This document shows, in pieces, positions 24,932 through 25,025 of a stretch of 25,025 bases of DNA. The number at the start of each line of letters is the position of its first letter. Within the stretch, counting starts at the first letter, position 1. The notes below the pieces were generated by a model. It saw only the letters and a list, made by a program, of their open reading frames with translations, ran no database searches and was not told the DNA's origin. Position numbers and translations under genes: made by a program. The DNA comes from Bacilli bacterium (lineage in GTDB: Bacteria; Bacillota_I; Bacilli_A; RF39; UBA660), in the NCBI GenBank assembly GCA_028708005.1, contig JAQVZV010000001.1, forward strand, positions 1-25,025. Direction: 5' to 3'.

Positions 24932-25024
24932 TTAATATCCCTTTCTATTTTTATCTAAATATGCTTGTAAAATAAAGGTTGCTGCTAATTTATCTATTGA
25001 TTTTTTCCTTTTCTTACGAGATAT
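24932..25024 (-). CDS. ruvX: Holliday junction resolvase-like RuvX/YqgF, 3' end (runs off the window)
   Basis: ...ISRKKRKKSIDKLAATFILQAYLDKNRKGY* matches the YqgF/YrrK C-terminus. Confidence 0.85.
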   Translation of the reverse strand: MSRKKRKKSIDKLAATFILQAYLDKNRKGY

Positions 25025-25025
25025 A

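Noticed and set aside
1-25025. CRISPR array, rRNA or prophage genes
   Set aside because: No regularly spaced repeats, rRNA-like sequence or phage hallmark proteins seen; the only large repeat is the IS dimer

Overview
AT-rich (roughly 28-30% GC by eye) chromosomal window from a Firmicute using genetic code 11, with Bacillus-like gene order but several genes lost or shortened. A reduced-genome Bacilli lineage such as RF39-type gut Bacilli is plausible, but that is inference only. Left third (minus strand): rimP(short)-nusA-ylxR-infB-rbfA-truB-rpsO-pnp, with recognisable rimP and S15 leader RNAs. Middle (9.3-12.3 kb): a compact sporulation-like cluster. It holds a 59-aa YmaG-like coat protein missed by the ORF track, an orphan KinB-like histidine kinase with a perfect Spo0A box, a membrane-anchored PTS EIIB domain lacking its catalytic Cys, a CotY/CotZ-family coat protein and a 108-aa hypothetical. 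Three of these genes have sigmaK-type promoters (AC-16 bp-CATANNNTA), two with GerE-type boxes. Then come rodA, a Nudix hydrolase and tRNA-Ala(TGC). At 14.4-17.3 kb is a head-to-tail dimer of an IS30-family element (2 x 1438 bp). It is flanked by a 15-bp target duplication, joined by a different 15-bp spacer, and inserted exactly between the last sense codon and the stop codon of lon. Right third (minus strand): ruvX(partial)-DUF1292-truncated mltG-trmR-two U32 proteins-greA-tig-lon.
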